Below the pieces are notes generated by a model. It had not been told where the DNA came from, searched no databases, and saw nothing but the letters and a program-made list of their open reading frames with translations. A DNA stretch of 64,000 nt. Origin: Lama glama (Eukaryota). The translations under genes were made by a program, and so were the position numbers. Each line of letters opens with the position of its first letter. Within the stretch, counting starts at the first letter, position 1. Of this stretch, positions 36,002-47,982 are shown in pieces. The stretch is taken from contig CM052817.1 in assembly GCA_028534125.1 (NCBI GenBank), positions 5,148,001-5,212,000 on the forward strand, in the 5' to 3' direction.

Positions 36002-36457
36002 TGTGGCAAAGACCACTGTCTCTTGCACAAAAACTACTCTCCATTTCTTCCCTGTGGAAGAACTCTGATTTCTTTGCCCGGCTCCAGGGTTGCCTAGAAT
36101 AAAAACTTACTGTCCTGGCCTCTCTTTTGGTGAAGTGTGGTTTTGTAACCTGTCCTGATCAATGGATGTAACCAAAAGGTATGAGTTAAAGGAGAGAAGA
36201 ATGTGTTTTTTTCCTTTCCTGTTCTGCTTTCTTCTGCCTGGAATGTAGGCATGATGGCTGGAACTACAGCAACCAGATTAGACCTTGCGGTGACCTTGAG
36301 AATGGAAGTCCTACACAGCAGAGTAACAAGATGGAAGAAGGTGGGGCCTAGATCTTGTAGATTGCCATGCCAGCCCTTGACTTTAAACATTTTTCTCATT
36401 GAAGCCACAGGTTTATTGTTGTTTGTCAATTGCAGTGACCTATTCCTAACTAATGCA
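36002..36457 (+). mobile_element. MLT1J-like solo LTR
   Basis: tgtggcaaagac start; ctgcctggaatgtaggcatgatggctggaactacagcaacc; agcagagtaacaagatggaagaag; cctaactaatgca end. Confidence 0.8.
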
Positions 36458-36689
36458 AAGTACTAGAAATATTTTTGAGCACATATTAAAATAAATGTCT
36501 AAGTATTAACATTCTTAAAGGTTCACAACCAATGATGTCATCCTGGTTGCCCCCAAGGGAATGCTGCCGGATCTCAGGAAACACTGACATCATGCAAGTG
36601 AAGAAAACCTTGAAAACTTTCAAGTGTTCTGCAAATCTCATCCAGGTCCCCTTGACCTTGTCCAGTCCCCAACATGTAGAAGGTACTGT

Positions 36690-37075
36690 TGGGGGAGAGA
36701 GTGGGCCGGTGTCGTGGGCAGTAAAAGAATTTACCAAAAGATGAGACTAGAAAGTTTACTGGGTTACGCTGCCATAGACCCCTGATGAGAGGTGCCTGAG
36801 TGAGCATTGGGGGGCGGTTGCTGAGGTCTTTTATGGTGGGGAGGCGTTGGTGAACACAGTGAATTGGGGGCTGTGTGATCAGCTTGCACACAAGGTTTTG
36901 ACTGGTTGTAGGTGAGGTAAGAAGTTCAGGGTCCATGAAGGGGTGGTGGGGTTTATGACTGATAAGGTGAAGATGTGGACTGAAATGAAGCAGCCTGAGC
37001 TATTGAGGGATTAGGCATGACCTAGGGCTGTTAGTTTGTTAGGGCAAACACGCCCGGTAAAGATGTGCCTTATGC
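36690..37075 (-). mobile_element. Old ERV-type LTR (family uncertain)
   Basis: Minus strand reads agtaaactttctagtctcatcttttggtaaattcttttactgccc, like an ERV1 LTR poly(A)/U5 region, with upstream cataaa. Confidence 0.45.
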
Positions 37076-37772
37076 GTTGAGGGATCCAGGCAGACATCGG
37101 AGAGCCCAGGAACGGGGGTCGCTGGACTTTGAAGGACGCCAGTCGGCGCCACAGGTACGTACTGCTCTGGATGGCGACGACAAAAGCAAAGGAGCAAAGG
37201 GGCATTGATGCTGCAAAGTGTGAACCCGCGGCCCCTCTGCTTCCCTCCCAGAAATAGTCAGAGCTTTGCATCCCCTTTCTCGGGTGTGAACACCTCAGCC
37301 TTCACGCTGGAACTGATTCTGAAGGTATGATCCCCCAAAGCTGAGAGTCCTGGGTCCCAGTCGTGGCCTCTGCTACTGGTTACCCGCGCGACCTCAGGCA
37401 GAGCAGGAGAGTCAACTGCAATTGAAGCATTCGATTCAACGCTCCAAATATTTACCGGTCACTTGGCGCGTGCCTGGTGCTCGTGCTTTGTGTCAGGCTC
37501 CTTGCCCTTGGGGAGGTGGCTGTCTGGCCGGGGGTGGACTTGGCCCTGGGAAATCAGAAGGGGACTTAGAACACAGACCTGTACTCAGAGGGCAGTGTCT
37601 GCCCAGGCTCACAGACGCCATCCCTGAGACCAGGATTTCAGTGCTGGGGTTTATTTGAGAGGTGATCCTGGGACAGACTCATCTTAACCTCAAATTTATA
37701 AAGCCCCTAATCTATAAAGTTGGCGTGATAATGGTACCCTCCTCCAGCACTGGGCTGCCATGAGTTATTCAT

Positions 37773-37954
37773 TGTTGGTGTGCTGGAGCCATTCCAGTAC
37801 CGGCTCTGTCCATCTTCCCAGCCCCCCATCACGTCATATCTGGAGTCGGCCATGGTTGGGGTGGGAGCATTTACACCTTGGAAACTGGCACATGCTACAG
37901 GTCAGGGGCTTTTCTCGGAGAGCTGGTTGTTGAACATTTCCCGCCACGTCACTG
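37773..37954 (+). mobile_element. MER63-like hAT element inserted into a MIR (~37690-38030)
   Basis: tggtgtgctggagcc start; tttacaccttggaaactggcacatgctacaggtcaggg; gagagctggttgttgaacattt ... cactg end. Confidence 0.8.
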
Positions 37955-39171
37955 ATGATTAATTATGCATAAAGCACACACGACAGTGGGTGGTACACAG
38001 CGCTCCACACGGGCTCAGTGATGACTGTCATTGGGATTATCACAGAGCAGTGAGGCTCATGTGGAGCCCAGGCTAGGGGGATGGAGGACCAAGCCATGGG
38101 TAAACCTTTCACCTTCCTGCAGCTCAGAACTTAGAAGGGCACGGCCAAAGGGCAGGACGACTGTTTCTGGGCAAAAATTGAACGATTCTTTGCTATTCAC
38201 CAGACACTACAGTTTCTGTTCAAAAGCAGCAATAGTTCAAGCAGGTGAAGCTTTGTGTTCGTGGTCTAGCTGGCATTCAACTCGGCCATCACTGTGCAGC
38301 CTTGTGACTTTGAACAAGTCACTTGGCTTCTCTGTGCTTCAGTTTCTTTGTCTCTAAAGTGGTAATGACAGTAGCATCAGAAAAATGCCTGGCACCTAGT
38401 AAGTGCCCGATAAAGGTTAGCAAGAACCAAGAGGACGTACTGCCAACACCAACAGGGCCCTCGTGTCCGGGTGTATCTCACCTGCACATGCAGCTGCCCA
38501 GCTCCGGGTTGTGCAAGACACTTCACTGCCACTTGGAAGATGCACAAGTGAGGTGTGGAGGGTTGGGAGGTCTAGCCGAGGTCACAGGGCAAGTCGATGT
38601 GGGATCTGGCCCCTGGCACACCCCACCCCAACCCCCGCCCTGCTCTGTGCCCCACACACAGGCTGCCTCTGCCCCTTCCCAGCTGAGTGGCTGCCGCCCC
38701 AAATAACTTCTGTGTCCCCTCATCGCAGCGGGAGCTTCAGAAGTCAGTGGCTCGGACAATTGCACTTTCTTTTCTCTTTCCAAAGAGGGATCAGCCTTGG
38801 AGGCTCTTTGAAAGAGCTATGATTACATCTTCATTTGTGGCTAATGGGATTAGCATGGCCCACGCAGAGCCTTGAGGCGCAGTGGGGATTGGCAGGTGCT
38901 GCCCGTGGTGATGGTGCTGGCGGGGGAGATTTGCTCCTGGCTGCTCAGCCCCTCCACACTGCCAGGCTTCGGACCCTGGAGGGGGCGAGGGGGCGCCCCA
39001 GGGCCTCTGATGGACGCAGGGACCGGAAAATGGAATTAACCCCACCCCAATGCACTGAGGGGTGGCTGCCTCCCTCACCCAGCCCTGGATTCTACTGATC
39101 AAGGCTCTCTGGGACCAGAGACACCAGAAATTACTCTCTGGGACTATGATAATGAGATAAAGGGGGTATCT

Positions 39172-39222
39172 CTGTGTGTGTGTGTTTCTCTGTGTGTATG
39201 TGTGTGTGCGCGCATGCGCGCA
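39172..39222. repeat. Interrupted (TG)n with a (CG/CA) tail
   Basis: tgtgtgtgtgtg ... gtgcgcgcatgcgcgca, alternating purine-pyrimidine. Confidence 0.85.
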
Positions 39223-39749
39223 TTGGGTTGGGGGGGTGTCTTTTTGTGGCTTCAGTCTCCAAATATCCCATCGAGGAGACCTCTCTGAGGCCGCGAGATG
39301 TGGGAAGAAACAAAGCAGGAGCTGGGTAAGCCAGGAGACCGAGCCTGGTGATGCGACCTGCCTGAGTCAGCCACACCCGATCCTTAACAGCCCTACTATG
39401 TGCTGGGCCCAGTGGTACTTACTGGGGACACACAGCGCAGTGAGACTTCCTTGTCACTCGGCTTCTGTGCCAGGCTTTGCACCAAGAACTCTGTGTGTAT
39501 TTCATACAATTCTCACCATGTTCCTGGAAGGCCAGTACCAGCCATCCCAGGATGATGTAAAATCGTCCCGTTTAACACAGGAGGGAATTCAAGCTTCAGG
39601 ATAACTGATGCTGAAATACACCCTCAGATCTGGCATCGGTGGTCCTCAAATCTGGGCCTATGGACACCACCGGGGAGATTTTGTCTGCTGCTGTAATGCT
39701 TGTTAACACGTTACGTACTTATTTAGTATTTTTCTTGGAATTGCCTCTT

Positions 39750-40300
39750 TTAAAATTTTTAATTTATGATTTTCCAAACTTTCCATTTTGAAAAATGTCA
39801 AACCTAGTAAAAGTTGCATGAATGAACCTCCCTATGCCATTTATTTAGAGTTTAGATTCCCCAGATGTTAACATCTGCTGTGTGTGTTTTCTCTCTCTGT
39901 TTATCTATGTAAAATGTATATTTGTACACAGATACAGTCCACACATTTACGTCCACAGTTACTTCTACGTGTGGATGTGTATGTAGAGTTATGTATGTGT
40001 ATGTATATAAATGTATGATGCATAGCAGTGTGTACTCTTCCTTGTGAGCTATTTGCAAACATCAATGACACTTGACTTCTAACTACTTCAGCGTACCTCC
40101 TAGGACAGACATTCTCTTATGCAACCACAATCACAGTGCTCACACTCGGGAAATTTAACAGTGATTTGTTTCTATTTCCTAATTTCTAATCCACATTCGA
40201 ATTCCCCCCAGTTACCCCAGTAATGTCCTTTGGAGCTTTTTTTTTTCCTTTTAAGTCCAGGATACAACCAAAGACCACTCATCACATTTATTTTATCATC
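39750..40300 (-). mobile_element. Old L1 (L1MC-like) 3' region
   Basis: attttgaaaaatgtcaaaccta ... aaaagttgca; gacattctcttatgcaaccacaat; ggaaatttaaca; cccagtaatgtccttt. Confidence 0.8.
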
Positions 40301-40569
40301 CCTCCAAGATGTAATCGGAAGAATTGAAAGCAAATTGAAGAAGGGACTTGTCGCCCCCCCCCACCCCGAGTGGATACGGAGCGCTGCTCCAGCACAGCCC
40401 AGCACAGCCCAGTAAATCATCTCTCTCGTGTGCGGCACCTCCCGGGAAGCCCTGCCCCGTGCTCTCTGGCCTCAGAGAGTCCGTGCAGGGATAGATAACC
40501 CCCAGAGCCTGTCCTTGAGGAGAACATTGGATTCAGTTTCCTCCCTTGCCAGTGAGGATGTCACTAGGT

Positions 40570-41077
40570 CTGCAGTCCCTGCCTCTTCCCTCGCCCTCCT
40601 AACCCTGATTTCGTTCAGAGCAGCGGTGAGCCCGTCCCTGTGAGATGACGACTGATCTGGGCCACCCCATCAGCCTCCCATGGGGCTGACTTTCTCAGCC
40701 TACCTTGTAGCCAGGCCACAGAGCTAGCCCGAGAGGCATAAGGGAGCGTCTTCTGAGACATCTGCCTCTGAGTACCTTTTTCCTTTGCTGACAAAAAAGG
40801 AAACAACTTCAGGAAATGCCCCTCCCCCTACTTTCTTCCCACTTCCATCTTGGAACCCAGTTGCGATGCCTGGAGCTGTAGCAGCCATTTGTGACCAGAA
40901 AGCAACACACATTAGGACAAAAAGCCAACTGTCTAAGGGTGGGAAGAGCCTGGTGCCGTGATGCGATGTTCACTGGCTGCTCCAGGCCTGAACTGCCGCC
41001 TCCCACTGCTCCTTAGGGGAGAGAAATACATGTCTTTATTGCTGAAGTTACTATCAAGAGCAGTCCTAATTGATACC
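40570..41077 (+). mobile_element. MLT1K-like LTR
   Basis: tttctcagcctaccttgtagccagg; gatgcctggagctgtagcagccatttgtgacc; cctaattgatac end. Confidence 0.75.
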
Positions 41078-41231
41078 TTCAGGGGCTTCTAAGAAACTTC
41101 CAGACACAGTGGAAAGTACAAGGCACACGGGGCCAGACAGAACCAGGCCTAAACATCGGAGGCAGACTCTAATTATGTCTGTGAGCCTGGGTACATTGTT
41201 TAATCTCTCTGCATCCAGAGGTCTCAGCTAC

Positions 41232-41311
41232 AAGAAAGGAAGGAAGGAAGGAAGAGAGAGAGAGAGGGAGAGGAAGGAAGGAAGGAAGGAAGGAAGGAAG
41301 GAAGGAAGGAA

Positions 41312-41377
<66 letters not shown>

Positions 41378-41486
41378 AAAGAAAAGAAAGAAAAGAAAGG
41401 AAGGAAGAAAGAAAGAAAGGAAGGAAGAAAAGAAAAGAAAGAAAAGAAAGAAAGAAGAAGGAAGGAAGGAAGAAGAAGAAGGAAGA
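41232..41486. repeat. Compound (GGAA)n/(GA)n/(GAAA)n microsatellite, 255 nt purine-only
   Basis: No C or T between 41232 and 41486; adjoins a MIR fragment (~41100-41231). Confidence 0.98.
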
Positions 41487-42130
41487 CGTACTTCCATCCC
41501 TGTATTTATTTAATCGCCTGTTCAATACACGTATGTTGAGCGCCTGCTCGGTGCTGTTCATTCAGTAACTGCTGAGTGAGCGCTTCCTACGCTCTAAGCA
41601 CTGTTGCAGGCACTGCAGTGTCTCCGTGAAACAGTTTCCTTTGGGTTTCAATTATATGCCAGCAATTCAGTTGGTCATTGGATGGGATTGTTTCCATTTT
41701 CACCGATGAGGAAATTGGTGCTCAGACAAGGCAGAGCGGCCCCTACGACTGCCCGGCCTGCACGGGTGGAGCAAAGCCGCCCCTGCTCTGGGTGACCCCA
41801 GGGCTGTGCTCTGCTGGGTCTCAGGACCTGTCACACACACCAGGAGTGAATCACAGCAATTTTGCAGTTGTAAAATGCTCTGAAGGAAGGACTGTGCATT
41901 TCCAACATCTTTTGGAAGTGTGTTTCTGATTCTGACCCCAATTTATCAGATACTGACAGTGGATTACCTGGAGAGTGAACAGGCTCAGTGGTGCATTAGA
42001 AGCCAATAAACTTTGCCTCTAACTCCTCAGACCTGATGAAATCACCAAGCTGAGAGAATGCTGGCCCGGCTGGCACGGTACACCTTCTCCTATATATTTT
42101 AACCATCCTCTTCTTTTGAAAATTACTTTT

Positions 42131-42263
42131 TTTGTTTTTTTTGGGGGGGGGGCAGTTATTAAGTTATTTATTATTTATTTATTTAACAGAGGTACTGGGG
42201 ATTGAACCCAGGACACCTCATGCATGCTAAGCACGTGCTCTGCCACTGAGCTATACCTTTTCC
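42131..42263 (-). mobile_element. tRNA-derived SINE (camelid vic-1-like) with TSD
   Basis: Minus strand ggtatagctcagtggcagagcacgtgcttagcatgcatgagg...cctgggttcaatccccagtacctc, (TAAA)n, C-run, A tail; TSD aaattactttt 42120-30 / 42267-77. Confidence 0.9.
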
Positions 42264-42283
42264 TTTAAATTACTTTTTAATGC

Positions 42284-42352
42284 TTTTTTTAATTGAAGTA
42301 TAGTTGGTTTCCAATGTTACGTTAGCCTCAGGTGTCCAACAAAGTGATTCAG

Positions 42353-42390
<38 letters not shown>

Positions 42391-42724
42391 ATATATAATT
42401 CCTTTTCAGATTATTTTCCATTATAGGTTACTATAAGATATTGAATATGGTTTCCTGTGCTATACAGTAGGTCCTTGTTGTTTATCTATTTTATATACAG
42501 TAGAGTTATAGTAGTAGTATCTGTTAATTCCAAACTCCTAATTTATCCCTCCCTTCCTTTGGTAACCATAAGATTGTTTTCTATGTCTGTGAGTCTGTTT
42601 CTGGTTTGTAAATAAATTCTTTTGTATCACTTTTGTAGATTCCACAAATAAGTGATACTGTATGATACTTGTATTTCTCTGTCTGACTTACTTTACTCAG
42701 TATGATCATCTCTAGGTCCATCCA
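42284..42724 (-). mobile_element. 5'-truncated L1 3' end (cetartiodactyl type)
   Basis: ttaattgaagtatagtt; cctgtgctatacagtaggtccttgttg; tctatgtctgtgagtctgtttct; tagattccac; TSD catcctcttcttt 42104-16 / catcatcttcttt 42725-37. Confidence 0.92.
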
Positions 42725-42859
42725 CATCATCTTCTTTGGTTATGCAAAAAGCCTTAGAAATCCAAGTGCAGTGGCTCCCTCTCCAATTAGGGGAGAACAG
42801 AAAAGAACTCCAATTTTCAGAACTACTACTAAGGTGTTAGTTGCTGTTGCTACTTCATT

Positions 42860-44460
42860 TCACCCTCATGTCAACTCTGGGATTTAAATAGGTGTCATTC
42901 ATCCTACGTTACAGATGGAGAAACTGAGGCTTAGAGGAGTCACTTAACTTGCCCAAGGTCATACAGCCTTCAGTGCTGGGCCAGATGGATTTATTTATTT
43001 GCATCTGTCTCCTTGCTTGACTGTGAGCGCAGAAGCCATGCCTAAATATTTGTGGAATTGAAAAGTGCTGAGACCCCTTGCTGCTGCACAGATGTGGCTA
43101 CAATTCTCCAGCATCTGCTTCACCTGGACCACTGTGGTTTCCATCACACAAATTAACCAAAGCCTGGTGCTGTCTCCTGCAGCAGGAAGGGGAGGCCAAG
43201 GTTCAGAGACTTGGGCACTGGGATTCCCTGAGTCAGCCGGAGCTCCAGGGCAAGGTTCTTCTCTTCTCCAGCCTCAGTTTGCTCATCTGTAAAATGAAGG
43301 CAGTTGGATTCCTAGACTCAAACTTCTCTTAACCTGAACACTTTCCCCAGAGCTAAGATGACTGGGGTTTTTCCAGCCCCTAAAAGAAAAATTCGAAAGT
43401 CTAGCTTAAAACACCTTCCTATCCATTTGCAAATACCAGGTAGCTTACCAAACCATTAGGAATTCACCGTGTCAGCGCACAGGTGATAATAAAAATCACA
43501 CTCACATGGCACTTCCTGGGTATTTTTTTCATCATTCCCTTTCAACAGAGGAGCAAACTGAGGCACAGAGAAGGTGAGTGATTTTCCCAGTGAGCCACAG
43601 CTACTAAGCGGAGGAGCCTGACTCTCAGAGTCTGTGTTTCTAACTGCTGCGCTGGATCTCCATTCAGTTTGCTGTTGCTGCGTGCTAGACCTGGGACAGG
43701 ATCACACACAAAGAGCTTCTCAGTGATCTCCTGGTTGGGAAGAGTTTCCAACATCCTTATTTTCTGAGAAACCAGCTGATGCTGACGTCGGAGACTGAAC
43801 TAGAATTACGGTCTCCCCTACAAATTTTGTCCTCATGTCCTGAGAGACGAGTTACTAAGCAGTCTGACTTGGACTGGAATCCTTGCTCTTCTACCCAGCT
43901 CTGTGACTGCAGGAAAGTTGCTAAACCTCTCTGATCATACATTTCCCATTCTGCCATCTCTCTTCTAGAGCTGTGGGGATAGAGTTCTTTTTGCTTTGCC
44001 TCAGAAGAGAAGAGAAAAACTCCCCTGAATTATGATTTCCAGAGAGGCTGTCATGCTGGGAAACTGAGAAACACACACGTCTGCTTCAGACATTGCATTC
44101 CCTTAAAGGGTGGAGCCTGGCTGGGTGGCTCTGCCTGGGCCACTGCATGTGAGGGTTTTAGGGCCATCAGTCTCCTGTGTCTACAACCAAATGCTTGTCC
44201 TCCTTTCGCCCTGCTAGGGTACCTGGAATGCCACCATTGTGGCACTGTGGTCCCCAGCATCTCCTGACCCAACCCCAAAATACTCAAAGAGGACTGGCGC
44301 TGAAAAGCACAGTTACTAATAAATATTCACTGCCCTTTTTAGAGAGCTTACCATGTGCTGGGCTGTGTGAGAGCTTGGCGTATATTACTCTTTGAGGTAA
44401 ACAGTGTTCTCCCTAACTTACAGAGGGGGAGACAGGGGCCCTGAGAGATCATTTCCCTAC
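42860..44460. mobile_element. Cluster of at least five MIR fragments (~42860-42975 -, 43200-43310 +, 43490-43670 -, 43830-43975 +, 44310-44460 -)
   Basis: Repeated cores acagatggagaaactgaggc, cctcagtttgctcatctgtaaaatg, aaactgaggcacagagaaggtgagtga. Confidence 0.75.
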
Positions 44461-44679
44461 ACTATGGTGGTGCCATGTTGAAGGACATCCGTCATCTCCC
44501 CAAACTCTGTGACCGTTGCTGTTTGATATATCCAGGCTGTGAACATGAGGCTGTGGGCTCCTGGGACCAGGACTGCATCTGATCCATGTTTACATCCCAT
44601 AGCAGGGCCTGGTGCATAATAGGTGCTCACTAAGTGTTCATTGAATGAATGAGTGAGCCCCCTGCATAGTGCAGCCCTG

Positions 44680-45057
44680 ACTAACTGGCTGCTCACCACA
44701 TCCGCTTCCTCTTCTTCCTGGACATTCAGTGGGAGTACATTTCCCAGCCTCCCTTGCAGTTCTGGCCAATAGAACATGGAGAGACGTTACGTACAAGGCT
44801 GGTTATTTTCCAAGACTGGTTCGTAAACACCTTCCAAGCAATCCTCTACTCTTTCTTTCCCTCCATTGTCTAGCCTCATGCAGAGGATCCAGTACAGAAG
44901 TCAGAGGCTGGAGGGATGGTGGGAACACAAGATGGAAGGAGCCTGGGCCTGAGTCACCGCCCGGAGGCAGGCTGAGGCCAAGAAGGAAACTTCCATAACA
45001 CTAATCAGCCAGGCATGGAGGTTGTTTGCTGCAGCATCGGGCTACCAAAACTGATAG
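44680..45057 (+). mobile_element. MLT1 (I/J-like) LTR after an L2 3' end (~44500-44655)
   Basis: tacatttcccagcctcccttgcagttctggccaatagaa; acaagatggaaggagcctggg. Confidence 0.75.
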
Positions 45058-45081
45058 GGGAGTTGGAAAAGAAAGCTTCTC

Positions 45082-45500
45082 CTAGAATCAGAGGCTGTCA
45101 GGTTGGAAAGGACCTTGGACATCACAGAGGCAAAGTTCCCACCCAGCGCAGGGATCTCTGTACATCTCCGCCTACAGTTCTCCCTGATTTGCACGTGTGC
45201 CGTGATGGGGAGCTCACTCCCACTGGAGGCGTCATCTTCTATCCCTGGACTGCCCTGGCTACAGGAAGACATTTCCTCACCTTGAGCCCTGCCTTAGCCC
45301 CACGCAGGGTGACTTGGCTCCTTGGTCTCACACAAGTTACCAGGTCCCCTTGGGTAACTCCTTATTTCTCTAGTCAACAACTCCTTATTTCTCTGTGTCC
45401 TGAGGCCTCTGACCAGCCAGGCCCTCCCCAGGCCAAGCACTGCCATCCGTCCACCTTTCCTCCGGGGGCCTGGCTGTAGCACCTGCCCTGTGTTTGTCCC
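45082..45500 (-). mobile_element. L3/CR1 LINE 3' fragment
   Basis: tagaatcagaggctgtcaggttggaaaggaccttggacatca; gtgatggggagctcactcccactggaggc; ggaagacatttcctcaccttgagcc. Confidence 0.7.
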
Positions 45501-45555
45501 TTCCTGTGCACACGGGAGGTCTGATTATCTTCAGCTTTGCCCCTGGCATTGGTCT

Positions 45556-46055
45556 NNNNNNNNNNNNNNNNNNNNNNNNNNNNNNNNNNNNNNNNNNNNN
45601 NNNNNNNNNNNNNNNNNNNNNNNNNNNNNNNNNNNNNNNNNNNNNNNNNNNNNNNNNNNNNNNNNNNNNNNNNNNNNNNNNNNNNNNNNNNNNNNNNNNN
45701 NNNNNNNNNNNNNNNNNNNNNNNNNNNNNNNNNNNNNNNNNNNNNNNNNNNNNNNNNNNNNNNNNNNNNNNNNNNNNNNNNNNNNNNNNNNNNNNNNNNN
45801 NNNNNNNNNNNNNNNNNNNNNNNNNNNNNNNNNNNNNNNNNNNNNNNNNNNNNNNNNNNNNNNNNNNNNNNNNNNNNNNNNNNNNNNNNNNNNNNNNNNN
45901 NNNNNNNNNNNNNNNNNNNNNNNNNNNNNNNNNNNNNNNNNNNNNNNNNNNNNNNNNNNNNNNNNNNNNNNNNNNNNNNNNNNNNNNNNNNNNNNNNNNN
46001 NNNNNNNNNNNNNNNNNNNNNNNNNNNNNNNNNNNNNNNNNNNNNNNNNNNNNNN
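45556..46055. other. Assembly gap (exactly 500 N)
   Basis: N run counted from the sequence. Confidence 0.99.
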
Positions 46056-47189
46056 CCCTCGGGGGGCCAGCCGAGATGGGGCAGTGCTCAGGGTCCACCA
46101 GCTCAGCTCTCTCTCTTTTCTGCTTTACAAATGGTGAGGTTTCCAGACAGAAAGATTCTAGTCCTCGACAGAGAGGCCTGAAAGCCACTCAGTGCCGCTG
46201 GCAGACTTGCTGTGGAGACAGACCCCCATAAATAGCCCAAGGCAGAGCCGCAGAGCAGAAAGCCAAGCCCTTGGCTGCGTAAAAAGGAAAACACAAACCC
46301 CATTTTCCCAGGGTGTGACAATGCCAGACTGACCTCCCGAGATTCCCAAGAGAGCGATGGCTCGGGAGCCAGAGGGCTCCTGGCATCCGATTTGCTCAGA
46401 TCCCTCCAAGTTCTCAGCTCCACTATGTCCAGCCTCCCTGGGTGAGCTCAATCAAGTCGCTTCCCCTCTCTGAGACTCAGTTTCCCCATCTGCACCCTGA
46501 GGGGGTGGGCTGGATGGTCTGCGGGCACCCTGCGAGCTCTGCCACCCTAACCCGCAATTCACCAAGGCCCTCTTCCTGCTGTGCCCCTGTCATCCCCTCT
46601 GAGCCCTGCCTCTTTCTCCCGGGGCTCCCGGCACCCCCATCTCCAGCCAAAGCCCCTACAAATCCGGACTTCCCCTCCTCCCCGCCACCTCCCCACCAGG
46701 CCACCGCAGAAAGCAGCAATGCGGACAGAAAGCAACGATGTTTTAATTTACTCGATTAAATCGCCATGTGGACAGAGGCTCTCGAAGGAATCTGCTCTAC
46801 AGAGCTTTTCGTTTAATAGAATTAGTTGAAACCAGATCAGCCGAGCCCCCGTTCCTGCAGGCCATCTGCCCAGACGGGGAAACGGCTTCCCTAAATAGAA
46901 CCCCATGCTGCCGGGAGCCTCCTCTAAACGGCCGGCAGGGAGCTGCCCCCTGCACCCGCCTGTCTGTTCAAATGGGTTCAAAGCCCTTCCCTTCGGGGCC
47001 AGCCAGGGCCGGCAGAGCTCACGTCCACTTCCAGCTAAGGCTGGGGAACTATAATCAGATTCACATTCAGCTCCACCTGCAGAGGGACTCCTGCCAAAAT
47101 CAAGAACTTTGCAAAGGCAAAGCCAATAGAGAGCCTTTTAATTCAGAAAAGAAGTCTGTCAAGTTATTTGCCTGGACTCTTGAAGAAAA

Positions 47190-47680
47190 TTAGATAAACT
47201 AACATTTACTCAGCATCTTAGTCTCCCAAGAAGTTTCCCACATGTTTTATTTAATCCTTGTGACAATCCTGCAGGAAGGCCCTTGATGGTCCTTTTGTAG
47301 GCGAGAATGAGAGAGGTTTGGTAACTTACCCAAGGCCACACAGCTGGGAGCGAGGACCTGAGCAGCTCTGAGAAAGAAGTGACAGCATACGCCCAGCAGG
47401 CTGTTCTGAGACTGAAGTGGAGTGTGTAATTGCAGTGCTTCGTGATTACGAAACTGCTACTTTTTGGCCCTTCTGTGCACTTGAGCCTTGGAGCTGCTGG
47501 TTCGAATCCCACCTCTGCCCATACTAGTTATATGATTTGGGGGAAGCCACGTACCCTCTCTGAATTTCACTACTCTCATCTGTGGAATGGGAGAGGGCAG
47601 TGCCACCTCGCTCTCGGGGATCCAAAAGAGTCGATGTGTGGGAAACTGTCTGGCATGCCGTTAGGCCTCGGTAGCCCAGG
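47190..47680. mobile_element. Two MIRs (minus ~47190-47370; plus ~47470-47680)
   Basis: gagaggtttggtaacttacccaaggccacacagct; ggttcgaatcccacctctgcc ... ctcatctgtggaatggg. Confidence 0.8.
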
Positions 47681-47786
47681 CTGGGCCTCCCGGGTGCCAA
47701 GGGGAATCCTCCAGGTGGCCTCCTTGCTCAGAGAGCAAGTTCCCAGTGGGGTAGCCGTTCAGGAAGGGGGACAGACCATCGAGAGC

Positions 47787-47982
47787 CAGGGTTAGCTAAT
47801 TCTGGCCCTCGGGCCAAATCCAGTCTGTCTGCTCTTGTGAGTAAAGTTTTATTGGCACACAGTCACAGCTTTTCGTTCACATACTATCCGTATTGCCTGT
47901 GCGGGCTGTGACAGAGACTGCAAGTTCCGCAAAGCCTGAAGTATTTACTGACTGGGCCCTGACAGAAGTTTGCCAACGTCTG
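47787..47982 (+). mobile_element. MER58A-like hAT-Charlie MITE
   Basis: gggccaaatccagtctg; gtaaagttttattggcacacagtcac; gcaaagcctgaagtatttact; agaagtttgccaac. Confidence 0.85.

Noticed and set aside
37011..37271. Possible processed pseudogene (GRGFTL on the minus strand recalls RPL13)
   Set aside because: Similarity does not extend beyond a few residues; no poly(A) tail or TSD
41070..41561. Lys/Glu/Arg-rich and Phe/Leu/Ser-rich ORFs
   Set aside because: Translation of the purine microsatellite
45385..46231. Long ORFs of 214-267 aa
   Set aside because: Artefacts of the second N gap
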